A DNA stretch of 64,000 nucleotides from Lama glama. Its lineage: Eukaryota. The position numbers and the translations under genes were made by a program. The stretch's first letter is position 1. The number at the start of each line of letters is the position of its first letter. This document shows positions 24,131-38,293 of the stretch, piece after piece. The notes under the pieces are model-generated. The model had not been told where the DNA came from. It ran no database searches and was given only the letters and a program-made list of their open reading frames with translations. The stretch covers positions 94,118,001 through 94,182,000 of the forward strand of contig CM052816.1 of the NCBI GenBank assembly GCA_028534125.1, given 5' to 3'.

Positions 24131-27100
24131 ACTTGTTTGAATTTGCAGGATCACTCAAAATATCTAATGCAACAATGCACAGGAAGTTGAGAAACAGATG
24201 TCCCGACTCTTTTGTAAAGAGGATTGTGAAGGCAGGCAGGAGGTAGGGAATCAATTATTTTGAGAATCAGAGTCTGCAGTGTGCTTGGCCTCCCTTCCCC
24301 TTTTCTCCTGTTCCCCTGTGTGGTTGGTGTGAGGTAGGGTAGTGAGCTGAGTTAGATAAGTTCACTTCCATTTCAAAGTCCTGACTTGAGATTTCATATG
24401 TAGGATAACAATGATTCAGAACCTGAACAGCAAGAGGGGACTATTCAATTCACACCATGAGTAGAGCTCACTGTTTTCCTTTCCTTTTTTAAAAACTACA
24501 ACCCTAGGAAAACCCTAGAAAGAGGAAAGTATTTGTGTGAGACAGATGTTCACACCCCATCTCTACTTCAATCTCAACCCCGCCAGTAAAGTCACAACTG
24601 CTTGAAGCCATAAGCCACAGAGGCACCCCTCAATTAAAAATGAGATTGAAGGCAAGTGCATTAAAATTGCATCAGAAATGAAGTAAAGTCTCCAAATAAC
24701 TGACAGTGAACAAAGCACTGTGGGGCCACTGAGCTGCTGCTTTCTGTGATTTTGTTTCTCAAAGTTCATTTCAAATTCCTGTTTGCAAATCATTAGCCTG
24801 GCTTGGGTTAGATGCCTACCCATTGGTCAAGGGGCAGTGAGCATCTGTGTTGATTCTCCCACCAGGAGTACATTAAGTGGGAAAGACGTGTTTCTGTAAC
24901 GGCATCGCCAGAGAGCGAAAAAAGTCAAAGAGAAAGATGCAGTGGGCAGACAAGAGCAGCACATGACTGCAATGTCTCACATTGACATTAAGACGTTATT
25001 GGAACAGGAAAAAGTATAGTCAAGCTTGTAAGAAATACATGCCTAGAAACATATTATCGGGGAATAGCATTTCTATACACAAGAAGGAAACCCAGAATAT
25101 AAGGGATTCATATTTAAACATGAATGAAACCTGGACAAAATTGTGAATAGGCTAGTTTGAAAAGTCAATCAAAGGAGCAGGTTTTACATGAGATGTTAAA
25201 CTTGTGATGAGCGTGTTAAGCCGAAGAAACAAACACACTTTTCGAAAAATGTGAGAATAAATTATTCACCATGATCATGTGCTTTTCCTTAAAGTCATAC
25301 TAAACAATAGTCATCTTTTAAATAGCTATTTTATATTATACACAAGTCTGTATACAGGCATGTGTCTGGTATTTCCAGGTTAGGTGTATGTATTTCCTAT
25401 AATAAAATACATTTCTTAAAAGCAAAGAAATAATTGATCTTGAAGAAATAAAGAAATATTTCAATGTTATATATTCCTCTTCATAAATAAATGAAAATGT
25501 TGATTAATGAAAGAAAGTGTGTAGGAGCTCAGATTTTGCCTTTTTAAGTAACTTTGATCAGTGTTCTAGAAAACCAGTCACTGGCAAACAACAGACAGTA
25601 GAATTTTGAAGTCCATTGTACTCTGTTTTCTTTATTTGATTTTCTCCTTCCCTTTCTTCCAAGACAGAATTGAAAAGCTCTTTTCCACTGTCAGCCAATA
25701 TCAGGCGCTTTGCCAGACAGGCAAAGAAGTGGGGGTAATACATAAAGGGTAATGATTAAATTTATTTTACAGCCTCTGCTTCTATAGCTTTGGAAAGAAA
25801 ATGGTTCAGAGCTGAGAAATCAGGATAATGCAATCAGAAATCCCTGTGGTGCCATTCTTGACCTTTAAAGCCAACATGCATTTGCAGAATAGAAAACTGA
25901 GCAAGAAGCCAGCTTTCAAATACTCTCCTAGTGATGCATGGGGGGTTTACTGGCTAGACACTGCTTCTTATCAATATTTCAAAGTCTGATGGAACAGGTG
26001 CCCTTTGGAACCAACGACCATAGTAAGAACTGGAAAACACAGTGGCTTGAAGAAAGTCATCTCTAGTGGTACTAATCTCAGCTACAAAAGAAAATGGAAG
26101 AAAGTTAGATGAAAATATTTTTTGAATACTTTTCAGAAAAGGTATCTCTAATAGTGGACTTGAAGCTTCAAAAGTTATAATGCGTTTGTTATCATTTAAT
26201 TGCAGTAACAGAAAGACATTCATGCTGATATAGGTATAGGAGTTTATTTTGTTAAGGCACATAGATGACCTTCTAAATATTTGTGGAAATAGAAAAAATG
26301 CACACCCAAGGTACCTGGATCTGGTGTTTGAAAGTTAGAAACTGAAACTCTCTCTCTTTTCATCTCTGGCTCTCGCTGTGCCATCTAATGCACTCTCCTA
26401 CGTCTCCATAAACACACATTTCCTAATGAGTTACATCTTTTCTGTCCCCCAGTGGCTTAGTATACCCTATCGTTCACGCTGGCTTTTCATCCAAACAATC
26501 ACTCAAGTTCAACACCAAGCATAAGTTAATTAGCCTAGACTGTAAGGTTTCTAGTTCAAATTCTTAGAAAGTTAGACTCAGCATAGCATCTAAATTAGGT
26601 TTCTTAAGGCCAAACTTCAGTCCTGTTAACAGCATTAAAGGAGTAACATGTTACCAAAAAATAATGATAATAAATCAATAAAGGCAGAAGCAGACGGTTG
26701 GAACTTCAGGAGGCTACAGATTATCTACAAAAAGAATACAAAAGGGGAGCAATTATCAGCTTCTCTACTAAAATTAGTAGAATCAGGGTAGGAAAGAGAT
26801 CACTGGTCCACCAACTCAGACCAATTGAGCTAATTTACTTTACTTAATGAGAGACTGTATTGTGATCTCCAAAATAAACAACCTAATTCTGAAAATATCT
26901 ATGAATAAACTATGTTATATCGCCTTATGCATTAAGGATTACCAAAAGCTTTGGAAAATCGTGAGACCTAAATGATACCACTGACCAGCATTAGAACATC
27001 AGACTATTCGTGATAGTAGAGGACAGAGGTATAAAGTCACAAATAAACTTGGGAAAAAATATCTGGGAAAAAAACATAGCAATTAATCCTCAACAGATGA

Positions 27101-28606
27101 CATTATGGGAAAATGGTGACCTTTACATTAAGTGACGTTTCCCTTTTGACAACATAGGAGAGTTGAACTATATTCATGTGATAGTCATTTTTTGAGCACT
27201 AACTGTGGACTGGACAATAAACCAAGAACTAAAATAATAATCCCAGTAACAACAACAATAATAAACAAGACTCCACCCCTGGTACCAGGGAGCTGACAAT
27301 CTAGGAATTTTATCTCTTCTCGCTCTAAAATTCTGCTGACTCACGTGTGTTTGGGGCAATGGTGGTGTGGAAGGAGAGAGTAGATGTAATATCTCAGAAG
27401 CAGGAGGGCTCAGATCTGCCCTAGTGCAAGTATGCTTCCATCAAAAGACTCTGAAAGCTATTTGCACTAAAGAAATTTCAAATTGGAAGCAAATTAACAC
27501 TATCTATTAATGGAACTAACACTGAATTATGGACTGTGGACTACATTTATAGGCCTAAAATGGCCTCTGATTAATTTCTGAAACCCAAATTCAGATAGGC
27601 TCTTAACTGCCTTCTGGCCAGCAGCATGACACAAGAGACCGAAGCAGTGGAGGTCACAGGTCGTAAGTGAGTTCCCTGACCTGTTTTGCACAGCTTGACT
27701 GGTGGTTGTGGCAGATGGGAGAGAGGAGCCACAGCTTATTAGCCAAAATTGTACTATTACTCAAAAGACAAAGGAAGGAAAGGGGGGAAAATGAAAAAAA
27801 AGAAAAAATGACTCAATCACCTTCTTAGAGTTCAAAGTCAAATTAGCAAACACTTGGGAGAATAAAAGCTTGGTGGAGGTATGTTGGGGTAGGAAAATAT
27901 ATGCTTTCTGGGTATAAATAGGAATCTGGGACTCCACAAAACATAAAAAAAAAATCAGAGTTTGAATGTCTTGTGGATTCACAGATTTTACAGATTCTCA
28001 TAAAATATGCTCATATTTGTGACGAGAGTCTACAAAGCCCTTCATCTTCCTGACATCAGTCTCAGCTCCCTCCTCCTGACTGCTGGGTGTACCGATTTAT
28101 CGTCTGTATGTCACATGCCCGTCCTACCTTCCCCTTCTATGTAATGAACTCCTGTTCATCTCTTCAGCTGGAGATCAACCCTTTCCATCTAAAGAAAACA
28201 TCCCCAGACTCCCACAGGAAGGCTTAGCTGTTCCTTCCCTGCAATTTCCATAGTGAATGTTTCACAGTTTTCAGAAAACCATGATGTTTTATTTTCTTGT
28301 ATCTTTACTGTCTTCCTGATAAAGCGGACTCACTGAATGTAAAGTAGATGGTACTTCATCTTTGTGCTGTAAAATATATTACTTCACAGGTGCTCAAAAA
28401 AATAGAATATCAACATATAAAAATAAAAATTAATTAAAAACAGTTAAAAGACATTGTAAAGTTGCAACCAGCCACAGGAATCAACAATAAAGAGAATACT
28501 AAAATAATGATTTATTGTCTTCTTTAATACCAATGGCAACTGTCTTAAAAAAAATCTCTTCTCAATTCCTGAATGATTTGTAATCAAATAAATAAAGCAT
28601 ACAATA

Positions 28607-29028
28607 TGTGTCAGGACTGATGTTAAAAAATGGCCCCTATTCTCCAGCTTTTTTGTACCCTCTCATTCTTTGAAACATGACTTTGCAATATTTCTTATCG
28701 AATCTAGACTGACCCTGTGACTTGTCTTAGCTTTTAGATGCTCACTTCTGCTGTCCCTTCTGAAGATCTGCGCACAATGAGAAACCTGTCCTGGGATGAA
28801 CTTCTGGACTACTGGGGACCATGTAAAGCTGAGCAGAGTCAAGTAGGTCCAACCCAGGTCTCCCCAGATCAGCCAGCTCCCAAAAATCTGACCACGTTGC
28901 CTGACAAGTCCAGCCCAGTCAGTGGAACCATCAAATCAATGTAGACATATGTGAAAGAGTAACTTTTTATGGTTTGATGCCAGTATATTTGGGGGTGATT
29001 TATTATTCAATGATAGGTAACTTACACA
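28607..29028 (+). mobile_element. MLT1F/G/H-like MaLR LTR
   Basis: aaaatggcccc start, gaccctgtgacttg, ccagatcagccag, end gccagtatatttgggggtgatttattattcaatgataggtaacttacaca. Confidence 0.72.
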
Positions 29029-30102
29029 AAACATTACAGAATTTTGGAAGGAGAAGAAATATATCTCCTTACCATAGAATAAGGACCAGACAAATGCAGC
29101 TAAGATCAAAATTATAAGTATTTAAACACTTTACACAGACTAACAGATAAAAGAATCAGTAAAAACCAGGACATAAATGAGGTTGAAAATCATATAATAA
29201 GATTACTCTTTTTCATGGGAACGTTTTTGTCAGATTATTTCATGAAAAATGGTTATCACTACCTCAGGGTTTTATATTCACATAAAAATAATTAAGTGTC
29301 ATAATAAAAGAACTTTATTCATAAGAACATAAACACTTATATCAATATCTATTTTTTATATTCCTTTCTGGCATCTAATTTTATTGTAAAGTTATATTTA
29401 GACTCACAAATGTGTTTGAAAATGTATCTCTTTGTTTGATTGCCTGGCTTTTCCATCACTAAAAATGAAAAACTGAATCATTAGTTTTGTTCTACTATTT
29501 ATTCAATTTTTTCTTTTTAATCTCTTGGAAGAGTGACTTACTCAGATCAATATCCATGATTTATAAAGCTATTTCATTATCTGTAGTATTAAGCTATTTG
29601 AAAATTAATAATCCTTCTATTAAAATATGACTGCCTATAGTCTATAAATAAGTGTGGAAAATTCTGTTTATCTTATACATAAAGGTCACCATGCATATAA
29701 CTGAAAACATAGTACTATTCGGATTATGCTTTTTATTTTACAGACTGAAAAATATCACATTTACCTGGTATGATACCACAACTTTAACGTTAATTTAATT
29801 AATTTCCTGCATGAGACTTTTTGTTTTTAAAATGAACCATGACACACCTTTTCTTTGTTTTCCTAAAGATTCAGGACAGAGATTCAAGGGCCATTAGCAA
29901 AATTTTTAAGATTGAAAGTTTTAAAGTTTAAGGATTTCACACTTGATATTTCTGTTTAACGATATAAGCAGTAGGTGGAATTTGGAAAATTCAGAACCAC
30001 ATGTGAAAGAAAAAAAAAATGTATAACTGTAGAAAATTTTACTCTGAATTTAAGATATTCTCAAGGCTTCATCTCCTGGATCATAGAGCACAAAGCTAGA
30101 GT

Positions 30103-30502
30103 CTGCAATGATATCACTTGTATGTGGAAACTAAAAAAGCCAAACTGGTGGAAACTGAGGAATGGAATGGGGTTACCAGGGCCTGGGAGGTGCGGAACTG
30201 GGGAGATGTTGCTTACCGTGCAAACTTTCAACTGTAGTTAAATGAGTTCTGGAGATCTAATGCTCACATGGTGATTATGATGAACAATTCTGTTTTGGAT
30301 AACTTCCAAGTTGCTAAGAGGTGGGATCTCAATTGTTGGCACCACCAAAAAAAAAAAAAAAGATAATTATGGGCTATGACAGAGGTGTTAGCTCACACTA
30401 TGGTGGTAATCACATTGCCACATATAAATGTATCAAATCAAAACATTGTACCCCTTAAACCTACACAATGTTGTATGTCAATTACATCTCAATAAAAAGA
30501 AA
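30103..30502 (+). mobile_element. L1MA9-like 3' end
   Basis: atatcacttgtatgtggaaactaaaaaag, gagttctggagatctaatg, gttgctaagag, tgtaccccttaaacctacacaatgttgtatgtcaattacatctcaataaa. Confidence 0.88.
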
Positions 30503-30519
30503 GACTGAAATCATCAATC

Positions 30520-31380
30520 CAGCTTTATGAGTTTTAAACCCAAGCATCTAATATTCCCTAGACCTGTCAACTCAAATACACAACGGATCAAACAAACTAA
30601 ACCCTCACCTTCCCCAACAAGCCTTAATTCTATTAGTAACATCATGATCTATCCCTTTGGATAAACCAGAAACCTGAGCAGTGGCTTTGATTTTCATTCG
30701 TCACCAGAGCCTTCCCTCTTCTTCAGTCTTCTCTGTTTTAAGTCCTACCATACTGAGCTCATAAATAACTTCTTGAATTCGTTTGCTTCACAATTTCAAT
30801 CATCTAATTTAAGTTAATATCATATTACATGTAGAGTCAAGCCACAAGTCCCAAAATGATCACTGGGATTTTATTACAACCAAAGCTTCATCTTGTCTTT
30901 TCCAGATGAAGTGTTTTAAGATGATCCACCAGGGGCAGTGTGTTCCAAATTCTGGTCAACGTTTAACTCCCTGGTCCTGATGTGCTGAGTTACTTGTGAG
31001 CTTCATAGTCTGTCTCTCCTTGGGGATCTTGTAAATCCAGTCCCCTCTTCTCTGAACACGCACACATATGCCTCCTTTCAGTGGATAGATCCCACTTGTT
31101 TTCAGACATCATTTCCTCTAGGAAGCCTCCCACAAAATTGGGAAAAGACCCTCATGTTATTCTGAAAGCACATCTATTACATCATATCTCCCAGTCTATT
31201 GCTTCAATCTTCAGTTAAACTATGTTGCCAACTAAACTATATATCCTGTATCTCCAATTAAATTATAAGGTCAGAGAGACTACAGCCTCTTCTCATTCCG
31301 TTTAGTAATATTCTGTTGTTGAGCAGGGCTCCTGGCTCATAATGAAAGAAATATCTGTTGAGTAAATCAAATAATGAATA
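30520..31380 (+). mobile_element. L2 relic
   Basis: aactcaaatac...ccagaaacctgagc, acatcatttcctctaggaagcctccc, 3' tail cctggctcataat...tatctgttgagtaaat. Confidence 0.55.
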
Positions 31381-31631
31381 GATAATTATGTAATAACTTT
31401 AAATGGATAACCCTGACTTGTCTATGGATTATATACATTCCCAATGCAGATTTGTTAAATTGAATATTTTTCTTAATAAACTTTATATGATTAAGTTTAC
31501 TGAGTGAACCAAGGAGGCAAACAGTTACAGTAGAAAGAAGACTGAATCAGATCAGACTAGAAGAGATCCAGTTTTGAACAACAGTTACACCTGTAAAATC
31601 ATCACCACCATCCAGAAAGTCAACATACCCC

Positions 31632-31706
31632 AAACTTATCAAATTGTACATTTAAAACAGTATAATTTATTGTATGTGATTTACACTTCAATAAAGCTGT
31701 TTTTTA
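31632..31706 (+). mobile_element. Old L1 terminal fragment
   Basis: aaacttatcaaattgtacatttaaa...ttattgtatgtgatttacacttcaataaagctg. Confidence 0.7.
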
Positions 31707-32099
31707 AGAAAGGCTAAATTGGTTAAAGGAAAACACTGAAAATATGATCGTTTTAAACATACAATATTAATATGTAATATGTGCACTTATTCCTAGGTGG
31801 TAGCTTTTGCTGGAAGGCAAAGGAGAGATAATCAGATGCAGCAACATAGCAGGAGAGTTGAATTATTACAAATACCACTCACCTGGACTGGTTATACGGT
31901 ATACTTCTTTCTACCCCATACTCTTCTATCCAGCCTCTCCTTTAAAACATCACATGAACAGACAGAGAAAACACTCCACATTTTCTCTGCTGTCGAAGAA
32001 TATGGTGTAAGCCATGCCATGTGGTCAATGACACATTCCGTTAAAACAGATTAAAAATAAGAAAAAAATGAAATGGCATCTTAGACTTTTGGAAATAGA

Positions 32100-32240
32100 G
32101 AGAACATTGTAGACAATTTGGTCCACACTCTTATTAATTTCATAGATGAGCCACCTGAGGTGTGGAAAATGGTCTGAGCTCTAAAGGGCCACACAGCTGG
32201 CAGCTGGGATTGGCAGTCACATCATCGAGATAGAAACTGA
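32100..32240 (-). mobile_element. MIR fragment
   Basis: tttcatagatgagccacctgagg...agggccacacagctgg. Confidence 0.55.
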
Positions 32241-33169
32241 TCAGTAAAGACTGGACTTCAATTTAATTAATTAATTAAAAATACATAGGACTGAAAAAAT
32301 TATTGTTACCAATTTAGGGTGTTTTTACACATATAAACAAATTGATGTTTTTATGTGATTAAATTCTTATACAAAAAAATTAACAAGTAGAATACACTGC
32401 CTGAATTCTTTTTATTTAGGTAGCTTTTTTGATATAATTTATTATTTAATCAAATTCTGTATCAGCCATCTTCCCTCAAAAAAGAATATAAATGATATCA
32501 CATGAGGAATTTATTCTATCCACTTGGGTAAAAATTAAGGATACTCTCAGCTATATACATCCATTTTTTACCACTGCCTTACAGTTTCTCTCAATAAATA
32601 TTATTATTGCTCTCTCAAGTTTCACTAGTAAAATTAACCTGCTGAACTTCTATTCTCTAAATGCCTAAATCATTACATTCACATGCTAGGTAACTGGCCA
32701 ATAGAAATCTGAGTAATGAAGTTTTGAATTAGGAAAAGTCTTTCTGAGAAATTTATTTTTATTTAAAGTTTTAGAGAAAAGCAGTCACTGAGGGTAATCT
32801 CACTGTTATATTTTCTGTCAGCACTCTGAAAGCTTATTTATGGCCAACTACTTACTTTAGGCATGGGGGTGGGGGTTGAGATTAAGGTCCATTGAAAGAT
32901 AAAAAAATTTACAGTGGTTCCCTATAAAGTTGCAATATATATGTTTTCAATCATTAGGCAATATTCTTCTATGGTAACAGAATAACTGCCTGGAAAAAAA
33001 TTTTGTATTAGTCATTGCTTTGAATCTTTCATTTTCATGAGCACTAAGCCACATTTTCTAAAACTGAAAGGCGTTTCAAGGAACAGAAGTGCTGTTGGGT
33101 GCTATGCTGACTGATTTTTTGTATAAAATCATAAAAGTAAAGTTTTTTTAAGAGACATTTTCCTTTTGT

Positions 33170-33196
33170 CTTTCTCTCTCTCTCTCTCTCTCTCTT
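33170..33196. repeat. (TC)n microsatellite
   Basis: Direct observation. Confidence 0.95.
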
Positions 33197-33839
33197 TTTT
33201 TATTTCAGTTACCACTTTTGACAGGTAGGGAGAAAAGACATTAAAAAAAGGGGAAAATTGTTTTTCTTTTTCCCAATAATCCAAAGAGACACATGAGGCA
33301 TTCTATAAACAGTATTTATGCCATGATTCTAACGTAATTACAGCTCTAGGTAGGTAATTAAGTGTCAAAGTTGTTTTTTACACCAAGCAGCTACTGTATG
33401 TGTGGCCTTTAATTATAACATTATGGTTATTATCTTTCAATTAAGTTATGGGGGAAAATATGGCACAGCAAGGCAAGCAATATTTGAGAAACACAAATGT
33501 GGTTTCTGTTAACCTCAAATGACTGCTTCTGACACTATTCCAATCCACAGCCTCCCACTCAAACCAAGAAGACATTTATGACTATCACAGGGTTGTCTGT
33601 ATTCGCTGAAGGCAATTCACTCAGCTTCGACAATGATTCATGAATTCAGACAAATCTGCTTGCTTCCAATAAGCACGAAACCAGCCTGTTTTAGTTCTAA
33701 TAGAGCTTAAAACATAACTCACATACACCCTAATTATTTGGTATACGCTCATCAAAACACACACTTCCCATTAATCAGGATTCAGCTTGAAAACCATAAG
33801 CTAAACGAGCTAGACAACTAGTAGGACATCTGTGTCTAA

Positions 33840-34115
33840 GTTACATGAGCTTAATAAACTTTCACAAAATAAACGCACCAAGGAAACCCGCAACCAGATC
33901 AAGAAACAGAATATTACCATAATTCCAGGCGTTAGTTCCCCCCATAGGGCAACCACTACCCTAACCTCTAGGACCCTGGGTATGTTTTCTGTGCGTTTGA
34001 CCTTCTCATTAATGGAATAGCACAATATGTTCACTTTTGTGTTCAGCTCCTTTTGCTCAACATCAAGTTGACAATATTTATCTACCTTAGTGTGTGCAGT
34101 TGCAGTACATTCTCA
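33840..34115 (-). mobile_element. Old L1 (L1MD/L1ME-like) 3' UTR
   Basis: aaccagatcaagaaacagaatattacc, gggcaaccactaccctaacctcta, cttttgtgttcagctccttttgctcaacat. Confidence 0.75.
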
Positions 34116-36916
34116 TTGCTCATTAGTGCTTGTAGTTATGCAAACTTTTTAAGAGTTAAAAATCAATACACTATATATATATATAAAATAAATACATTTT
34201 GTTCTATAAGAGTATGTTCTGTAACAATGTAAATGTATCTGCCGATTGGTAAGTTGTTAAATAAAAAATACAAAGTGATTGCATTGTCTACTAGGTACCA
34301 CTATTTTCCTACAAAGTTTTCCCCTTGCCTTTTGATTAACTAGTGAGAATTACAGATTAAAATGAAGCATAAAGGAAAAACCAGAAAATATTGGTTAATC
34401 ATCCGCCACAGTAGATATTAAAATTGCTATATCCAAAATAATTACATTTCAAGTTTGTAACATTCTTTGGTTTGTATTATGTCTATGTGGTTCAGCAATA
34501 GGAAGGTTTTATATTTTACATTTGCCTGGTGCTTGAGAGATAATAAAACATGTTTATGTTTTTTTCATTTATATGCTATAGAACTCAGTTAGAAAGGGCA
34601 GTTACTTCTCAAGTGCCTATTGTGTGTCTTGTGCAATACTAACTATGGTGTGATATTTTAAAAAGCAAAGATCAGCAACCAGAAAATAATACTATCACAG
34701 TTACCGTGCTTCAGGAAAATAGTTTTGGGAGCTGAATATGACTAAGGCACTCCTGGAAGCAAAAGAGTAAGAGAAGGCAGTTAATGGCATCGGGAGAATA
34801 CAACTGTCCTTTTTCAAACAATTGCTTTAATTGTCTTTCTCCATTTGAACGTGTTACTTTCACATACTGGATTTTCTCATGCCCAGCTCCTCCCTCTCAA
34901 TCCCCAAAATAGAAATTTGAGATTGAATTTGACCGGGATGGGCAGAAGGGGACCTGTTAAGCTAGACAGGATAGAAAACACCTTTTAGATAGATAGCTAA
35001 ACCCAAGGATAGATTTCTCCAAGATTAGTGTTCCCAGACTATAAGATATTCGTGGAATTCCCTTAGCTACATCCCCATCCAGGAGGGCAGTCCCGGCCCC
35101 ATACAGGTCCACAGAGGTGGAAAGACTTTCTGGGAAGAAGCTCTTAGAGTAGTTAGGTTGTCAACACCCAGGAGTCCGGGGAAAGCAGTATGTTTCATCA
35201 AAGGAAACGAGAACTATGGGTCCTTCACAGGCCATAGGGAGTTCGTGAGAAGAGCAAGACCAAAAGGGAGAAAGACAGGACCAAAATCTGAAGGACCTCA
35301 TAGAGGGAAACAAAGGAAAGATTCCAGTAGCAGGGGAGAAAGTCACCTGGTCACTGACTGTTGCAAAGCACAAAGCAGGGACCTGGCAACAGGGTAAAAC
35401 CCCAACCCTCAGCTGCTGGTAGACGGACACACAAAACTTCAGCATTAGAAATTCTAATTTGAATTTGAGTTATTCAGCGCTTGGTCTAGGACCTCTGATA
35501 CTGCCACCCATTTGGGGACATCGATGGCCTTGGGTCTGCAGTTCTGCTGAAGCAAGGCGTAGAGGATTTGACAGCCAACACTGGAGGGATACCAGCCCAA
35601 CATAATATCATTCATCTGTTCTTTCACCAGCTTCCCCTTTATAAAGTTAGAAAGTTGAGTAAAGCCATCTGTAAGGTATTTTCTTGGTCTGTGAGTCTCA
35701 TTTTTTTTTTTTTACCATTTCTTCACATAATCTTTTTGGAGGTTAGCACTTTTAAGGTCATCCCCACCATATGATTCTGCACATTCAGACTCATTGAAAC
35801 AGCAGAATTAATCCAGCCATAAAAATAGACAGAGGTCAACAGAGTGTCTAAGGCCAAAACGAAAAAGCGAAGGGAGGCTGTGATGAGAAAATTATACTCG
35901 ACCTCACCTTTCTCTCTCCTTTGGCTTTGGTTTTTATTGGAGGCTATATTTCTGGGGGAACCACTCACATTTGCTGCAGGTAAATGCTGGTGTTCTGAAT
36001 TTATTGAGACAGGCAGCAGAAGGTCAAGGTATAGGCCAAGGGTAACTAAAACAGGGAAAGTTAGCATTTGAGAAAGATGACGAACGTCAACGTTGTGGAA
36101 GAGACATGTGTTGGGGGTGGAGAGGCGTACGCACTTACAGAGAAAGGTAACAGGCTTGCTTTTATACAGACAAAATGAAAGGAAGCACTGGGCCAGTTAA
36201 TTTTTTTCATTTCCTTCACTTCTAAAGTTGTCCTGTGTTGTGACAAATAATTCTGAAGAAAGAAGGTCTTTAAAATTATAATGCATTGCATGTAGAACTG
36301 TTGTTGAGTTATACACTTAACTTGTTTTTAAGGATCAAGAGAGCATCATTTTTACATAGTGTAAATTCAGTCCCTGATCTGGGCTCATAAGAGACAGGTA
36401 GGTGACTAACACATCCACAGGATATCATTTTTTTTCCAGATGTAAACAGTCAATCATATTTTCCATTTGAAAACCACTCCAGTGAGTTTAACTGAGCACA
36501 GATGTTCTTATGAAAAATATACAAATAAAAGAAAATTAAAAGCTATAAACTAAACATATCTGATACAACTTCCTTTATAGAAGGTAAAACTTGTTAGCAC
36601 TGATCAAACAGCTTAGCAATGCTTTCCTTCTTAATAAATATTAAAGCACTAAATGAGAATGCTCTTTCAACTTAATTTAATCCTATATATAAAATACATA
36701 ACTATTCCTATTAGATTCCAGGTTGTTCAAAGCACAGAAGTTAACAGATGGCTTTTAATTAAAAGCTGAATAGGCTTTTGAATATGACTTCATTTTTTAA
36801 ATGAGATACTCTTACAAATGTATATATAAGTATTTAACCTGGTTATTAATCTGCTAAAGGAATGCAATTCATAGGGATGTGTAAACTGAGTGGCTACAGT
36901 TAAAGAAAAGCAAGAT

Positions 36917-37225
36917 TTTTTTCTTTAATTGTTTATTGAGATAATTGTAGATTCACATGAAGTTGTAAGTAACTATACAGGGAAATCCCCTGTGTCTTTT
37001 ACCAGTTTCCTCCAAAGGTAACATCTTGCAGAGCTATAAAATAAAATCACAACCATTATATTGATACTGAAGCAATCCACAGATCTTATTGGATTTTACT
37101 TGCAGTTATATGTGTGTGTATTTAGTTCTGCTCAATTTTATAAACTGTATCTGCATATTCACCACCACAGTCAAGATATGAACATTTCCATCATCATAAG
37201 TTTCTCTTGTGATGCCCCCTTATAA
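36917..37225 (-). mobile_element. L1MC/L1MD-like 3' end
   Basis: ttgagataattgtagattcacatgaagttgtaag, ggtaacatcttgca, ccaccacagtcaagata. Confidence 0.8.
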
Positions 37226-37320
37226 ATGCAAATCATTTGTATCTCCCAAAAGATAGGATGTCAAATGAAAATGAAAGAGAAACATTTCAAGAAAATTGGA
37301 AACGTTGAGAAAATATGAAA

Positions 37321-37793
37321 CCAAGACATGGAGACAGCAGAAATGTCCATCAATAGATGACTGGATAAAGAAGAGGTGGTATATTTATACAATGGAATAG
37401 TACTCAGCCATAAAAACCAACAACATAATGCCATTTGCAGCAACATGGATGCTGCTGCAGAATGTCATTCTAAGTGAAGTAAGCCAGAAAGAGAAAGAAA
37501 AATACCATATGAGATCACTCATATGTGGAGTTTAAAAAAAAAAAAACAAAGCATAAATACAAAACAGAAATAGACTCACAGACATAGAATACAAACTTGT
37601 GGTTGCCAAGGGGGCAGAGGATTGGAAGGGATAGACAAGATTTCAAAATTGTAGGATAGATAAACAAGATTATACTGTATAGCACAGGGAAATATACACA
37701 AGATCTTATGGTAGCTCACAGAGAAAAAAATGTGACAATGAATATATATATATATTCATGTATAACTGAAAAATTGTGCTCTGCACTGGAATT
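37321..37793 (+). mobile_element. Young camelid L1, 5'-truncated; ORF2 C-terminus plus 3' UTR running into a gap
   Basis: Translates KTWRQQKCPSIDDWIKKRWYIYTME*YSAIKTNNIMPFAATWMLLQNVILSEVSQKEKEKYHMRSLICGV (L1 ORF2 end with one in-frame stop). The 3' UTR closely matches the 55963 copy. Confidence 0.95.
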
Positions 37794-38293
37794 NNNNNNN
37801 NNNNNNNNNNNNNNNNNNNNNNNNNNNNNNNNNNNNNNNNNNNNNNNNNNNNNNNNNNNNNNNNNNNNNNNNNNNNNNNNNNNNNNNNNNNNNNNNNNNN
37901 NNNNNNNNNNNNNNNNNNNNNNNNNNNNNNNNNNNNNNNNNNNNNNNNNNNNNNNNNNNNNNNNNNNNNNNNNNNNNNNNNNNNNNNNNNNNNNNNNNNN
38001 NNNNNNNNNNNNNNNNNNNNNNNNNNNNNNNNNNNNNNNNNNNNNNNNNNNNNNNNNNNNNNNNNNNNNNNNNNNNNNNNNNNNNNNNNNNNNNNNNNNN
38101 NNNNNNNNNNNNNNNNNNNNNNNNNNNNNNNNNNNNNNNNNNNNNNNNNNNNNNNNNNNNNNNNNNNNNNNNNNNNNNNNNNNNNNNNNNNNNNNNNNNN
38201 NNNNNNNNNNNNNNNNNNNNNNNNNNNNNNNNNNNNNNNNNNNNNNNNNNNNNNNNNNNNNNNNNNNNNNNNNNNNNNNNNNNNNNNNNNNNN
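37794..38293. other. Assembly gap (500 N)
   Basis: Exactly 500 N. Confidence 0.99.

Noticed and set aside
24600..26740. Possible MLT1-type LTR relics (about 24600-24900 and 26330-26740)
   Set aside because: Too degenerate to delimit by eye.
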